Part shown: positions 7,452 through 17,299 of the stretch, piece after piece | Numbering within the stretch: position 1 is the first letter of the stretch | Layout of the letters: the number at the start of each line of letters is the position of its first letter | Assembly: GCA_019428815.1 (NCBI GenBank) | Contig: JAHYJW010000002.1 | Span: 11,725 to 75,724, forward strand | Direction: 5' to 3' | DNA from: Patescibacteria group bacterium | GTDB taxonomy: Archaea > Nanobdellota > Nanobdellia > Pacearchaeales > GW2011-AR1 | Length of the DNA stretch: 64,000 nt | Made by a program: the position numbers and the translations under genes | The notes under the pieces: generated by a model | Databases searched by the model: none | What the model was told of the DNA's origin: nothing | What the model saw: the letters and a program-made list of their open reading frames with translations, nothing else

Positions 7452-7898
7452 ATGAAAAAGTTTAGGATTAAACCCAAATTGATTTTAAGACTTCCTGAAG
7501 TTGAAATTGAAGCAGGAAGTAAAGAAGAAGCTGAAGAAAAGTATATGGAACTCTATGAAAAAGAAGAAATGGGAAGCTTACCGGAAATTGATTTTGAAGA
7601 GGATGATAAGGAAGAATATGAAGACAGTGATGAAGAAACTGAAAGTGATGAAGATGAAGAGGAAGAATATGAGGAAGATGAATATGAAGACAGTGATGAA
7701 GATGAAGATATAAGCCCTCAATTAATCAGACTTCCGTTAGTTAATTGTAAGATCTATGAATTAAAAGAGGGAGAATTGCCAGAAGAAGTCTTAGACGATA
7801 TTGAATATGTTCTTTATTACTTGGATAAGGGATATGACTGTTTAGGGGGGATCTCTGAAGAAAGTAGAATTATGAAGTTTAAAAGAAGATCCCGTTAA
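7452..7898 (+). CDS. Highly acidic hypothetical protein
   Basis: Central Asp/Glu tract with duplicated EYEDSDE. Confidence 0.7.
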   Translation: MKKFRIKPKLILRLPEVEIEAGSKEEAEEKYMELYEKEEMGSLPEIDFEEDDKEEYEDSDEETESDEDEEEEYEEDEYEDSDEDEDISPQLIRLPLVNCKIYELKEGELPEEVLDDIEYVLYYLDKGYDCLGGISEESRIMKFKRRSR

Positions 7899-7970
7899 AA
7901 AGACTAGATTTAAAATCAAATCAAAAAGATTAAAAAAGAAATTTTCTTTAAAAGGATATTAGTTTGAAAA

Positions 7971-8333
7971 ATGGACAAAAAAATTTTATCTCTTCTTAAG
8001 AAAGGAGAAAGGATAATTGAAAAATCAATTATCAGAGATGATTATATATCTAAAGGTTCTTCTGCAAGAATTTTCTTAACAAATAAGAGGATTATTTATC
8101 CAGGGAATTTTCTTAAAAGTTTCAAATCAGTCCCACTTAATAATATAAAAAGTATTTCTTACTTATCTCGACCATACCACAGTTTTGGGATTGTTATGAT
8201 TACTTTAAAAAAAGGAGGAACAAAAAAAATTTCGGATTATTTTAGACATCAGAAAGAGATAGAACTTTTTATTCAAAAAACTAGAGAGATTATCGGAGAG
8301 AGTGAAAACCCCCTTATAAATCCAAGTTATTAA
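7971..8333 (+). CDS. Bacterial PH-like domain protein
   Basis: LKKGERII...IFLTNKRII...SVPLNNIKSISY....FG.V.I pattern. Confidence 0.65.
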   Translation: MDKKILSLLKKGERIIEKSIIRDDYISKGSSARIFLTNKRIIYPGNFLKSFKSVPLNNIKSISYLSRPYHSFGIVMITLKKGGTKKISDYFRHQKEIELFIQKTREIIGESENPLINPSY

Positions 8334-8373
8334 AAATTTTTAATTTTTAATTAATCCTTTTTATTCAAAGAGA

Positions 8374-8682
8374 TTAATCTTTCATTTCAATTTTGATATT
8401 AACGGTTTTGGGAATTTGCATTCTCATTATATGATGTAAAACCTTCTCATTTGCGGGGAGGTCTATCAAACGTTTATGGATTCTCATTTCAAAGTTATCA
8501 AAAGTTGCAGTTCCATCGCCACAAGGAGATTTTCTTGTAGTTATCTTAAGTTTTTTAGTTGGTAAAGGGACTGGCCCTGAAAGAGCTATTCCAGATTTTT
8601 TTGCTATTTCTTTAATAGAATTACAAATATCATTAAGCATCTCTATATCTGTGCTGTTTAGTTTTATTCTTACTTTAGGCAT
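8374..8682 (-). CDS. rpsJ: 30S ribosomal protein uS10
   Basis: GPVPLPTK...RKSPCGDG...MRIHKRLID, archaeal type. Confidence 0.97.
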   Translation of the reverse strand: MPKVRIKLNSTDIEMLNDICNSIKEIAKKSGIALSGPVPLPTKKLKITTRKSPCGDGTATFDNFEMRIHKRLIDLPANEKVLHHIMRMQIPKTVNIKIEMKD

Positions 8683-8821
8683 TTTATAATATTTAAAAAA
8701 TTTATTTTTATTACTGAATAAAATTTCCTTGTTTGTTTAAAAACCTTTTTATAGTTATTTTATCATAATATATCAGGTTAATAAATTAGGTTTAATAAAA
8801 AGAGGTGGGGGGTATTTAAAG

Positions 8822-10528
8822 ATGGGTGATGTTTTTACGCAAATAAGTCTTATCATTTTGGTAGTATTTGGTGTTTCTACAGTTATGAGATTGCTTAAAC
8901 AACCTTTAATTGTAGGGTATATCCTATCTGGAATAATCTTAGGGCCTTATTTTTTAGGACTTTTGCCAGGTATAGATGCAATCCATGCGTTTTCTGAAAT
9001 AGGAATAGCACTCCTACTTTTTATTGTGGGGTTACACCTAACGCCAAAGGTAATTAAAGAAGTTGGGAAAATATCTTTAATCACAGGATTAGGACAGATA
9101 ACTTTTACTGCAATTTGTGGTTACCTTGTCGCAATACTCCTTGGATTTCCTCCTTTAACCTCTATTTATATTGCAGTAGCACTTACTTTTTCTTCTACAA
9201 TTATTATCCTAAAGTTGCTTTCAGATAAAGGGGATCTAGAATCTCTTTATGGGAAAGTTTCAATTGGGTTTCTTCTTGTTCAAGATTTTGTGGCTATATT
9301 AGCTTTAGTAGTCATTTCTTCACTTTCAACAGGAGAAAAATTTCTGAGTACAATTGGTTTAACTTTATTGAAAGGAGTCATACTTGTAGCAATTTTAGCT
9401 CCAATAAGTATTTATGTCCTTCCCAAATTTCAAAAGTTCTTTGCTAAATCTCAAGAATATCTTTTCATTTTTTCTTTAGCATGGGGACTTGGAATGGCTT
9501 CACTTTTTTATTTTGCAGGGCTATCAATCGAGGTGGGGGCCTTAATTGCCGGAGTTTTGTTATCTGTTTCCCCTTATAACATAGAAATGGGATCAAAACT
9601 CAGACCTTTGAGAGACTTTTTTATCATCTCATTTTTCCTTCTTTTAGGTGCTCAAGTAGCTATAAGTAATTTTGGGAATATGATCTTCCCATCCCTCATT
9701 TTTGCATTACTAATCCTTATTGGAAATCCACTTATTGTGATGGTCCTAATGGGGTTAGAAGGGTTTACAAAAAGAACTGGATTTTTCTCTGGATTGACTG
9801 TCGCTCAAATTGGCGAATTCTCTTTAATTGTCGCAGCTTTGGGAGCGAGAGTAGGGCATATATCAACAGAAGTCCTTTCTCTAATAACTTTAACAAGTTT
9901 GATTACAATTGGAATTTGTACTTATGCAGTTATTTATTCCAATAAGATTTATCCCCTTATCTCTAAAACATTGTCTATATTTGAAAAAAAGAAATTAAAA
10001 GAGAAGGTAAAAATAGAAAAAGATACTGAAGCATTATTATTTGGGTATAACAGGATTGGATTTGGGATCCTTAATTCTTTAAAAAGTCTAAACAAAAAAT
10101 ATCTTGTTATTGATTTTAATCCTGATGTTATTTCAGATTTAAAAAAATTAGAGATGCCAGCTATTTATGGGGATGTTGAAGATGAAGCCCTCATAAGAGA
10201 GCTGCCTCTTAAAAAAGTTAAGTTAGCTATATCGACTATACCCGAATTTGAAACAAATAAATTACTATTAGAAACAATCAAATCTGAAAATCCAAAAACA
10301 ATTGTAATTTTAAGGGCGCATAATATCCAAGATGCAATGGACTTGTATTCACAAGGGGCTGATTATGTTTTGACGCCTCATTTCTTAGGGGGGGAGTATA
10401 TTTCAAACATGTTAAAAGAAAATGACACACGTTTAGAGAAATATAAAAAAGAAAAAGAAAAACACATCAAAATGCTTAAAGAAAGAATAAAGAGGGGAGA
10501 CGAACATCCAGATATTGAGAAAAATTAA
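8822..10528 (+). CDS. CPA2/Kef-type cation:proton antiporter with TrkA-N (RCK) domain
   Basis: Multi-TM with FSSTIII and LLVQD motifs; C-terminal GYNRIG and YGD. Confidence 0.9.
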   Translation: MGDVFTQISLIILVVFGVSTVMRLLKQPLIVGYILSGIILGPYFLGLLPGIDAIHAFSEIGIALLLFIVGLHLTPKVIKEVGKISLITGLGQITFTAICGYLVAILLGFPPLTSIYIAVALTFSSTIIILKLLSDKGDLESLYGKVSIGFLLVQDFVAILALVVISSLSTGEKFLSTIGLTLLKGVILVAILAPISIYVLPKFQKFFAKSQEYLFIFSLAWGLGMASLFYFAGLSIEVGALIAGVLLSVSPYNIEMGSKLRPLRDFFIISFFLLLGAQVAISNFGNMIFPSLIFALLILIGNPLIVMVLMGLEGFTKRTGFFSGLTVAQIGEFSLIVAALGARVGHISTEVLSLITLTSLITIGICTYAVIYSNKIYPLISKTLSIFEKKKLKEKVKIEKDTEALLFGYNRIGFGILNSLKSLNKKYLVIDFNPDVISDLKKLEMPAIYGDVEDEALIRELPLKKVKLAISTIPEFETNKLLLETIKSENPKTIVILRAHNIQDAMDLYSQGADYVLTPHFLGGEYISNMLKENDTRLEKYKKEKEKHIKMLKERIKRGDEHPDIEKN

Positions 10529-10593
10529 TTAAGAGAAATTATTAAAAAGTCGTCTTTTTAATCAAAGAGATTCCTAAGTTTGAGGTTAGATTA

Positions 10594-11280
10594 TTATTCT
10601 TCGTCGGCGGAAGGCACAGATTCTTCATTTATTACTGCATCTTCTATTCCAAAAATATTAAATGCAAATTCAAAGAATCTTAAAATCACCTCAATAGAAG
10701 CTATAAACAAAAGGTAGGTTAATATCCCTGAAAAGAACAAAGGCAGATCACTTAATCTTGAGGAGATTCTTACAAAAAATTCTGAAAAAATTTGAGGATT
10801 AAAGATGGATAATGCTAAAAAGGTAAAGGGAAGGATTTTAGCGAGTTCTTTTGCTATATTCTCTCCACTTTTGGGTAAATAAGATGCAACCCTTATTGAA
10901 GCAATTACTATAGCTGAGATTAGGAGGATCATCTCAATTCCCACAGATTCTTCAACAAGAAAAATCAGGAAAAAAGTAAAGATTGAATACCAAAAAAAGA
11001 TAATAAAAGGGATTATTAAAATGTACTCTAAAAGATAAAGAAATCCCGCAATGATCTTGGCCATAAAAGGTCTAGAAGATTTGTTATATTTATTAAAATT
11101 AAACTTAAAAATATTTTTTGTTCCGATAAATCTGTAAAATTTCCAGATGAATAAAGCATATAAAACTAAAACTATGACTAAAAGAAAAAGATTTAAGAAA
11201 GTTTGAAAAAATGATGGAAGAGTTGAAATAAATTCTCTATAGGTATTACCAAACTCTAATATAAAACTTTCAAGGGTCAT
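10594..11280 (-). CDS. Hypothetical membrane protein
   Basis: Several hydrophobic helices. Confidence 0.65.
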   Translation of the reverse strand: MTLESFILEFGNTYREFISTLPSFFQTFLNLFLLVIVLVLYALFIWKFYRFIGTKNIFKFNFNKYNKSSRPFMAKIIAGFLYLLEYILIIPFIIFFWYSIFTFFLIFLVEESVGIEMILLISAIVIASIRVASYLPKSGENIAKELAKILPFTFLALSIFNPQIFSEFFVRISSRLSDLPLFFSGILTYLLFIASIEVILRFFEFAFNIFGIEDAVINEESVPSADEE

Positions 11281-11371
11281 AAATTTATTTTATATCTTAT
11301 TCTTTTTAAATGTAATCTAAAGTTACTGTTAAAAAGTAAATCTAGTACAATGGAGATTCTTTTTCTGGTTT

Positions 11372-12292
11372 TTATCTTTTTCTGGTTTTTTTAGAATTGA
11401 TAATCTTATCTGCCTCTAAAGCAGCGATGCACCCTTGTCCAATAGCTACTGCAATCTGTTCTGGGCCTTTATCATTAATGTCCCCTATTGCAAAAATACG
11501 ATTTCTAGAGGTTCTCATCTTACCGTCTACTTTAATATGGCCTCTTTTATCTTTTTTTACATTTACAATTTCCGAATGTGGGCCAATTCCAAGTTCTACC
11601 GAAATCCCCTTTACCTTTAGTTCATTTTCTTTTTTAGTTCCTAAATCAATATACCTCAAACCTTCCACACTTTTGCCTCCAAATATCTCAAGTGTTTTTG
11701 CTTTAGTTATAATTGTAACATTTTGGAGCTTCTTTAATTCATCAACAAGTACATCTTCTCCTTTTAGTTTATCTTCAACTTCTAAAAGGTATATCTTTTT
11801 TGCAATTTTACTTAGATACAAGGCAGATCTAATCCCCGAAGATCCACCCCCAATTATCGCCACATCTTGACCTTTAAATAAAGGGCCATCACAAATTGTA
11901 CAATAAGTAATCCCCTTTTTGGTAAATTTGTCTTCTCCGGGGATGTTAAGTTTTTTTCTACCTCCACCAGCAGCTACGATTGCAATCTTTGCTTCTACAG
12001 AGTCTCCGTTTTCTAAGTTTACAATAACCTTTGATCCTTTTTGATAAACCCTTTTGACTAACATATCTTCCATAACCTCAACTTTATACGAACGAAGATG
12101 TTCTATGAATTTTTTAGCTAATTCTGGACCAGATATAGACTTAAACCCCAAATAATTTTCTATTTTGTCGGTCTTAGAAACATAGCCCCCTAATTCTTCG
12201 GTGATCAAAAGAGTGTCTAATTTCCTCCTTGCAGAGTAAACTCCTGCACACAATCCACCAGGGCCACCTCCAATAATGATTAAATCTCTCAT
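11372..12292 (-). CDS. trxB: Thioredoxin-disulfide reductase (NADPH, FAD)
   Basis: GGGPGG, CTICDG redox centre, GGGSSG, FAIGD. Confidence 0.9.
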   Translation of the reverse strand: MRDLIIIGGGPGGLCAGVYSARRKLDTLLITEELGGYVSKTDKIENYLGFKSISGPELAKKFIEHLRSYKVEVMEDMLVKRVYQKGSKVIVNLENGDSVEAKIAIVAAGGGRKKLNIPGEDKFTKKGITYCTICDGPLFKGQDVAIIGGGSSGIRSALYLSKIAKKIYLLEVEDKLKGEDVLVDELKKLQNVTIITKAKTLEIFGGKSVEGLRYIDLGTKKENELKVKGISVELGIGPHSEIVNVKKDKRGHIKVDGKMRTSRNRIFAIGDINDKGPEQIAVAIGQGCIAALEADKIINSKKTRKR

Positions 12293-12296
12293 TTTT

Positions 12297-12530
12297 TTAT
12301 TCTAAACTTTTTTCAATTATTTTTTTATTAAAACCTACAATCAAATTTTCGCCAATTTCAATGATTGGAACTACTTTTTTACCCGACCTCTCGAAAATTT
12401 CTTCAGCTTTTTTTTGATCTTTAAAAACATCCACTACGGTATATTTAATTCCCTTTTCTTTTAAGAATCTCTTTGTTCTTTCACATTGCGGGCAGAGGGG
12501 CGTTGTATAAAGAATCACTTTTTTTACCAT
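12297..12530 (-). CDS. Glutaredoxin/NrdH-like redoxin
   Basis: CPQC, cis-Pro VP motif, IVGF. Confidence 0.9.
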   Translation of the reverse strand: MVKKVILYTTPLCPQCERTKRFLKEKGIKYTVVDVFKDQKKAEEIFERSGKKVVPIIEIGENLIVGFNKKIIEKSLE

Positions 12531-12591
12531 TTTATTTTTACTTATTTTTGTTTCACTTATGTTTGTTTCTGTTCTTTAAAAATTTATTTAA

Positions 12592-13764
12592 TTAAAATCC
12601 CACCAAATAATAATAAGAAAGAAAGAATAATAAAAGTGTACCCGCCAAATAAATCCAGGTTATGAATTTAGATTCCGAAAACCAAATTTCTTTTGTAACG
12701 ACTGCTCCTAAGAAAATTATAATTTCAATTAGGAGATAGAAAAAGAGGTACAAAATAATATAAAGAGTGTACCCCCACCAAGAAAGACCTTCCCCAGCAA
12801 GTATACTTCCGAATACCATGGGCAATCCAAAAGAACAGGGTAGTTCAACTAATGTAATAACCGTAGCAAAAATTATTACACTTGTTGCTAAAAAGATTGT
12901 TTGAGTTGTCCTATTTTTAAATGCTTCTTGAATTTTATTTGTTGCGCCTATGATTAGTTTATTCCCACTATACTCGCAAGAAGGGCCATATTTACAAAAT
13001 TTAATAAATTTTATCAAAAAATAGATACCCCCTCCTAAAGCGGCAATCCCTACAAGCATATTTATCGATCCAATAAACTTTGAAAGTGTGGCAAATAATG
13101 CAGTCCAAATAAAAACTAAGACGCCATAAACTAAAGCTGTAGTTAAAATAAAAATCCCCCCATAAAAAATTATTTTTTTCCTTGAATCAAAACTCAAGAC
13201 AATCATTAAAATTAGTATTAATGCTCCAATAGAACAAACATTTAGCCCATCTAAACTCCCAATGATTAGTGCTAATAAGAAAAGATTCAAACCTTTTATG
13301 TTAACCTCACCAATTAAAGGAACTCTTATTATCGAACTCTTTCTGAGGTCGTTTATTTCTTCTTGAACATTTTCGCCATTTATTGCCCTTCTAATTAATT
13401 CTCCATCTGCCTCATAAAATTTTTGGAAATAATTTTCTTCAATAAAGAGCGTCGGCACAACTAACAAGTATTCCTCAACATCTCTTTCTTCCATCATCTG
13501 ATGGAAAAGTTCTTGATTTTGTAAATCTTGAATAGAGTAGATTTTTATTTCAATATTTGGATATTCTTTTTTAATAAACTCCTCCAAAAATGCTTTTTGA
13601 CGAGCACAATCTGGGCAGCCTCTTTCTTCAAAGAAGTAAAGTGTAGGTAAAGAGGTTGTATTATTGCTTTCGTTTAAATTTTCAAGTTCTAGTCCTTTAA
13701 GATTAAATAAGCTAAATAAAAAAAAGAATAAAAATATCCCCAGTATAATCTTTTCTTTTTTCAT
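12592..13764 (-). CDS. Thioredoxin-fold domain fused to CcdA/DsbD-like membrane domain
   Basis: Signal/anchor, CPDC, then TM domain with DGLNVCS and ELPCS cysteines. Confidence 0.75.
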   Translation of the reverse strand: MKKEKIILGIFLFFFLFSLFNLKGLELENLNESNNTTSLPTLYFFEERGCPDCARQKAFLEEFIKKEYPNIEIKIYSIQDLQNQELFHQMMEERDVEEYLLVVPTLFIEENYFQKFYEADGELIRRAINGENVQEEINDLRKSSIIRVPLIGEVNIKGLNLFLLALIIGSLDGLNVCSIGALILILMIVLSFDSRKKIIFYGGIFILTTALVYGVLVFIWTALFATLSKFIGSINMLVGIAALGGGIYFLIKFIKFCKYGPSCEYSGNKLIIGATNKIQEAFKNRTTQTIFLATSVIIFATVITLVELPCSFGLPMVFGSILAGEGLSWWGYTLYIILYLFFYLLIEIIIFLGAVVTKEIWFSESKFITWIYLAGTLLLFFLSYYYLVGF

Positions 13765-14228
13765 TTTACTAACTCTTTCTTTAATTCATTTTTTAGTTCT
13801 AATTTATTCATTCTCCCTTCTTTCTTTGTATTGATTAATCTTTTATCTTTTAATCTCTTAATTATTCTATGTGCCTTTATCTTATCGTAATCAGCAGAGA
13901 TTTCTGTTTGTCTGATCTGTCCTTTATTTTTGATTATTTTATCTAAAACATTTTTTTCGTCTTTATCTAAAACCGCATAAATAATCTCTAGATTTTTTTG
14001 AATTGTTTTTTGTTTATCCCCCATTTTTAAAGAAAATAGATAGTAAAATATTGAACTAACAAAAAAAATGGCCAATAAAATAAATACCCAGATGAAATTA
14101 TAAGAAACGACTCGAGGACATGAACAACTAGCAACTTTAAATCTATCTGCTAAGAGTAGGCTTAAGAATATAATCAAAGTTATGAAAGATAAACCTCCAA
14201 AAATAAGTACAACTTCTTTTTTTCCCAT
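13761..14228 (-). CDS. Membrane-anchored winged-HTH protein
   Basis: Two TM helices with a CSC loop, then LDKDEK.V...G.I.Q.EI......KAHRII.RL..K.LI...KEGR.N. Confidence 0.75.
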   Translation of the reverse strand: MGKKEVVLIFGGLSFITLIIFLSLLLADRFKVASCSCPRVVSYNFIWVFILLAIFFVSSIFYYLFSLKMGDKQKTIQKNLEIIYAVLDKDEKNVLDKIIKNKGQIRQTEISADYDKIKAHRIIKRLKDKRLINTKKEGRMNKLELKNELKKELVK

Positions 14229-14386
14229 TAGTTTTAATGAATTTTTTTATTTTATAAAACTTTCGTTAGTTTCATTAAAATGTAACCTTAATCTCTTAGA
14301 TTTATTTATAGGTATTAATGTTTCTAATATAAGAAACTAATAAAAAGCATAAGATTTTTAAACAAATTCTATTTAATTAGGAACAT

Positions 14387-14779
14387 ATGCCAGAAAAAAA
14401 GAAACCGCTGCAGAGAAAAAAGAAGCAGATTGGAACACCCATCATAATTTTAATTGCTTTAATTTTAATCTTTTTTATATTTAAAATTTACAGGGATAAA
14501 ACCTCAACACTTAATGATTTTAATGAGTGTTTGAGTGAAAAGGGGTTAGTTTTTTATGGAACTACTTGGTGTCCTGCTTGTTCCAGTTTAGTTGAAACTT
14601 TGGGAGGCTATGAATCTGTTATTCCTGTTTATATAGATTGTATACAGAATCAAGAGAGGTGTAATGAAGAAAAAAAGACAAATTATGTTCCAGAAATACA
14701 AATTAATGGGGAAGTTTATGAAGGGCCAAGAACCTTAGAGAGTCTTTCGGTGATAACTGGATGCCCCTTGCCAAATTAA
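14387..14779 (+). CDS. Membrane-anchored thioredoxin-fold protein
   Basis: FYGTTWCPAC, YVP, terminal GC; paralog of the 52519..53382 C-terminus. Confidence 0.8.
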   Translation: MPEKKKPLQRKKKQIGTPIIILIALILIFFIFKIYRDKTSTLNDFNECLSEKGLVFYGTTWCPACSSLVETLGGYESVIPVYIDCIQNQERCNEEKKTNYVPEIQINGEVYEGPRTLESLSVITGCPLPN

Positions 14780-14814
14780 GTTTTGATGAAATCAGTTAAA
14801 AATTTTATTTATTA

Positions 14815-15318
14815 TTAAACTCTTTCCATCATAACCTCACATTTAGGGCAAATTTCTTTTATACATGGTTGAGCTCTTAACTGAGGTTTTTCATAACCAC
14901 ATTTAGGACACTTACAAATACCCCCTGGCCCCTTTACAGATTGGCCCATTCTCCCCCTACCAAGAAATTTTAATTTTTTATCTTCCGCCCTCCTGTTTAA
15001 GCTTATTCTTTTAGAAATCTCGGGTACTGCCATATCAAAGGTACCCCCCTCAATTTTTAGGGCATTGCCCCTAATAATTGCTTCTGCAATTTTTTTCCGA
15101 CCTTCTTTTAACAACCTTGATAATGTTGATTGAGAAATGTTCATCTTTTTTCCGCATTCTATTTGATTAATAGATTCTACATCTATTAGTCTAATTGCTT
15201 CTAATTCTTCAAAATTTATTTTAATTTCTTTGAGGTCTGATAAAGGGACTCCTCTAGGTTTAAAATAAGTTATTTCTGGTTTGAAAAAAATCCTCCTTTT
15301 TAATCTTGGCCTCACCAT
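14815..15318 (-). CDS. DUF134 (UPF0251) HTH protein with C-terminal Cys-rich domain
   Basis: MVRPR..R.I...P....FKPRG, EELEAIRL.D, HTH, then CKCPKCG...PC....CPKC. Confidence 0.9.
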   Translation of the reverse strand: MVRPRLKRRIFFKPEITYFKPRGVPLSDLKEIKINFEELEAIRLIDVESINQIECGKKMNISQSTLSRLLKEGRKKIAEAIIRGNALKIEGGTFDMAVPEISKRISLNRRAEDKKLKFLGRGRMGQSVKGPGGICKCPKCGYEKPQLRAQPCIKEICPKCEVMMERV

Positions 15319-15414
15319 TTTTTTAATAGATACTCCTTAAAGAATTTTTTAATTTAAATCTCTTTCTAAGTTCTCAGATTATTTACTAAAGTAAAAAAAA
15401 GAAAGAAGAGAATT

Positions 15415-15693
15415 TTATTCCTTAATTTCTTCTAGTCTCTTCTCAATTCTTTCCTTATCCTCATTAAGTAAATTCAATTCCCTTTTGAGTAATACTCTTT
15501 CTTCTTCTTCGGTTAGGGGTCTAGAGTTTTGAAAAATTTTAGGTTGTGCAAATCTTCCTCTGAATCCATAACCTCTCCCTCTAGCAAAACCTCTCCCGTA
15601 ACCTTCTGCTATTTGATCGTTTTCACAAGATCCTAAACCTCTTCCAGTTAAAGGGCCTTGTCCGTTTGGTCCTGTTCCATCATATCCTGGCAT
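15415..15693 (-). CDS. DUF5320 family protein
   Basis: MPGYDGTGPNGQGPLTGRGLGSC, GRG-rich middle, coiled-coil end. Confidence 0.9.
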   Translation of the reverse strand: MPGYDGTGPNGQGPLTGRGLGSCENDQIAEGYGRGFARGRGYGFRGRFAQPKIFQNSRPLTEEEERVLLKRELNLLNEDKERIEKRLEEIKE

Positions 15694-15723
15694 TTTGTCC
15701 TCCTGCCTTTTAGGCTAATTTAG

Positions 15724-15743
15724 TTATGAATATATATTCATAA
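15724..15743. promoter_or_regulatory. Perfect 20-bp palindrome, candidate DUF134 operator
   Basis: TTATGAATATATATTCATAA just downstream of a minus-strand TTTAAATA box. Confidence 0.65.
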
Positions 15744-15808
15744 TACTATTTAAATGTTACGGTTTTTAAAATCTTTTAATTTGAGGTATTATGAGAGGGG
15801 TTAAGAGA

Positions 15809-15838
15809 TATATATAACAGTGTAGTATTAAATCATAC
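15809..15838 (-). promoter_or_regulatory. Shared promoter motif copy 4: GTAT-N6-ATAC-TACACTG-TTATATATA
   Basis: Reverse complement matches copy 1, including the downstream CTCTTAACCC. Confidence 0.7.
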
Positions 15839-15902
15839 TTTTTTAAAAATAAATTTTTTAAGTTTTCATAATGTTTAAATAGAATTCTTTCTATTTCTTT
15901 TA

Positions 15903-17174
15903 ATGATTGATATAAAAGACATAAGAGAAAAACCAGAATTTTATAAAAAGAATATAAAAAAAAGGGGTTTCGAAGAGAAAAAAATTGAAAAACTTCTTTC
16001 TTTAGACATTTCTTGGAGAAAACTCAAAAAAGATGTAGATTCTCTTAGATCAAGAAGAAACCAGATTAGTGAAGAGATAAATTCTGCAAAGAAACAAGGG
16101 AATTCTATTTCGAGTTTTATAAAAGAAGCTAAAGAGATCCCTTTAAATTTAAAATCAAAAGAAAAAAAGTTAGATGAAATAGAAAAAGAAAGAATGAGCT
16201 TATGGAAGAACATTCCCAATATACTCTCTGAGGATGTTCCGATTGGTGGTGCAGAAAAAAATAAAGTTTTAAAGACCTTTGGGAAAATTTCAGATAAAAT
16301 ACCTAAATTAGGACATGCAGAGATTATGGAAAAATATAATCTTATAGATACAGAAAAGGCTGCTCAGATCTCTGCTTCAAGGTTTTATTATTTAAAAAAT
16401 GAGTTAGTAAAATTAAACTTTGCGTTAATTAATTTTGCAATGGACTTTCTTTCAAAAAAAGGATTAAAATTAATTCAAACCCCCTATATGCTAAATAGAA
16501 ACGCTCTTGAGGGGGCAATAACCTTGGATTTGTTTGAAGAGGCAATTTATAAAATTGAAAATGAAGATCTTTACTTAATTGGGACTGCAGAACATGCAAT
16601 TAATGCGTTTAAATCAAATGAGATCATACCCAATAAAGATTTACCCTTGAGATTTGGAGGATTTTCAACTAGCTTTCGGAAAGAAGCAGGTTCACATGGA
16701 AAAGATACCAAAGGGATATTCAGAGTTCACCAATTTGAGAAAATAGAACAATTTGTTTTTTGTAAACCTGAAGATTCATGGAAAGAATTTGATTTTATCC
16801 TAAAAAATTCTATTGAAATTTACAAGGCTTTAGGAATTCCTTTTAGAGTTGTCCTTTTATCTTCAAAAGAAACAAGTAAAACTTCTACAAAAACAATTGA
16901 TTTGGAAGGGTGGTATCCTAGTCAAAAAAAATATTGTGAATTAGGATCTTGTAGTAACTGTTTAGATTATCAGGCTAGAAGGAGTAATATTAGATATCAA
17001 GAAGGGAATGAATTAAGATATGTGAATACCATAAACAACACCGCAATAGCAACTCAAAGGATGATGACTTGTATTGTTGAAAATTACTTAAAAAAAGACG
17101 GGAGTATCAAGATCCCTCAAGTTCTATGGAAATATTTCGGAAAAAAGGAGATTAGTGCACCTCTTTCATCTTAA
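15903..17174 (+). CDS. serS: Seryl-tRNA synthetase
   Basis: N-terminal coiled coil, GTAEH, FRKEAG..GKDTKGIFRVHQFEKIE, NNTAIA.QR. Confidence 0.97.
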   Translation: MIDIKDIREKPEFYKKNIKKRGFEEKKIEKLLSLDISWRKLKKDVDSLRSRRNQISEEINSAKKQGNSISSFIKEAKEIPLNLKSKEKKLDEIEKERMSLWKNIPNILSEDVPIGGAEKNKVLKTFGKISDKIPKLGHAEIMEKYNLIDTEKAAQISASRFYYLKNELVKLNFALINFAMDFLSKKGLKLIQTPYMLNRNALEGAITLDLFEEAIYKIENEDLYLIGTAEHAINAFKSNEIIPNKDLPLRFGGFSTSFRKEAGSHGKDTKGIFRVHQFEKIEQFVFCKPEDSWKEFDFILKNSIEIYKALGIPFRVVLLSSKETSKTSTKTIDLEGWYPSQKKYCELGSCSNCLDYQARRSNIRYQEGNELRYVNTINNTAIATQRMMTCIVENYLKKDGSIKIPQVLWKYFGKKEISAPLSS

Positions 17175-17299
17175 AGTTATAATAATCTTTAGTGTTCTCT
17201 TTTATTAAAAAATTATAAAATTAATCAAAAATATCCACACCAAGATATCCAAAGTTTTAAAAATCAGATTAGTTATCTTTTTGAGTAAATATTCTAAAT

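Noticed and set aside
7501..7713. Lys/Met-rich alternative-frame ORF
   Set aside because: A frame-shifted reading of the GAA/GAT-rich acidic gene
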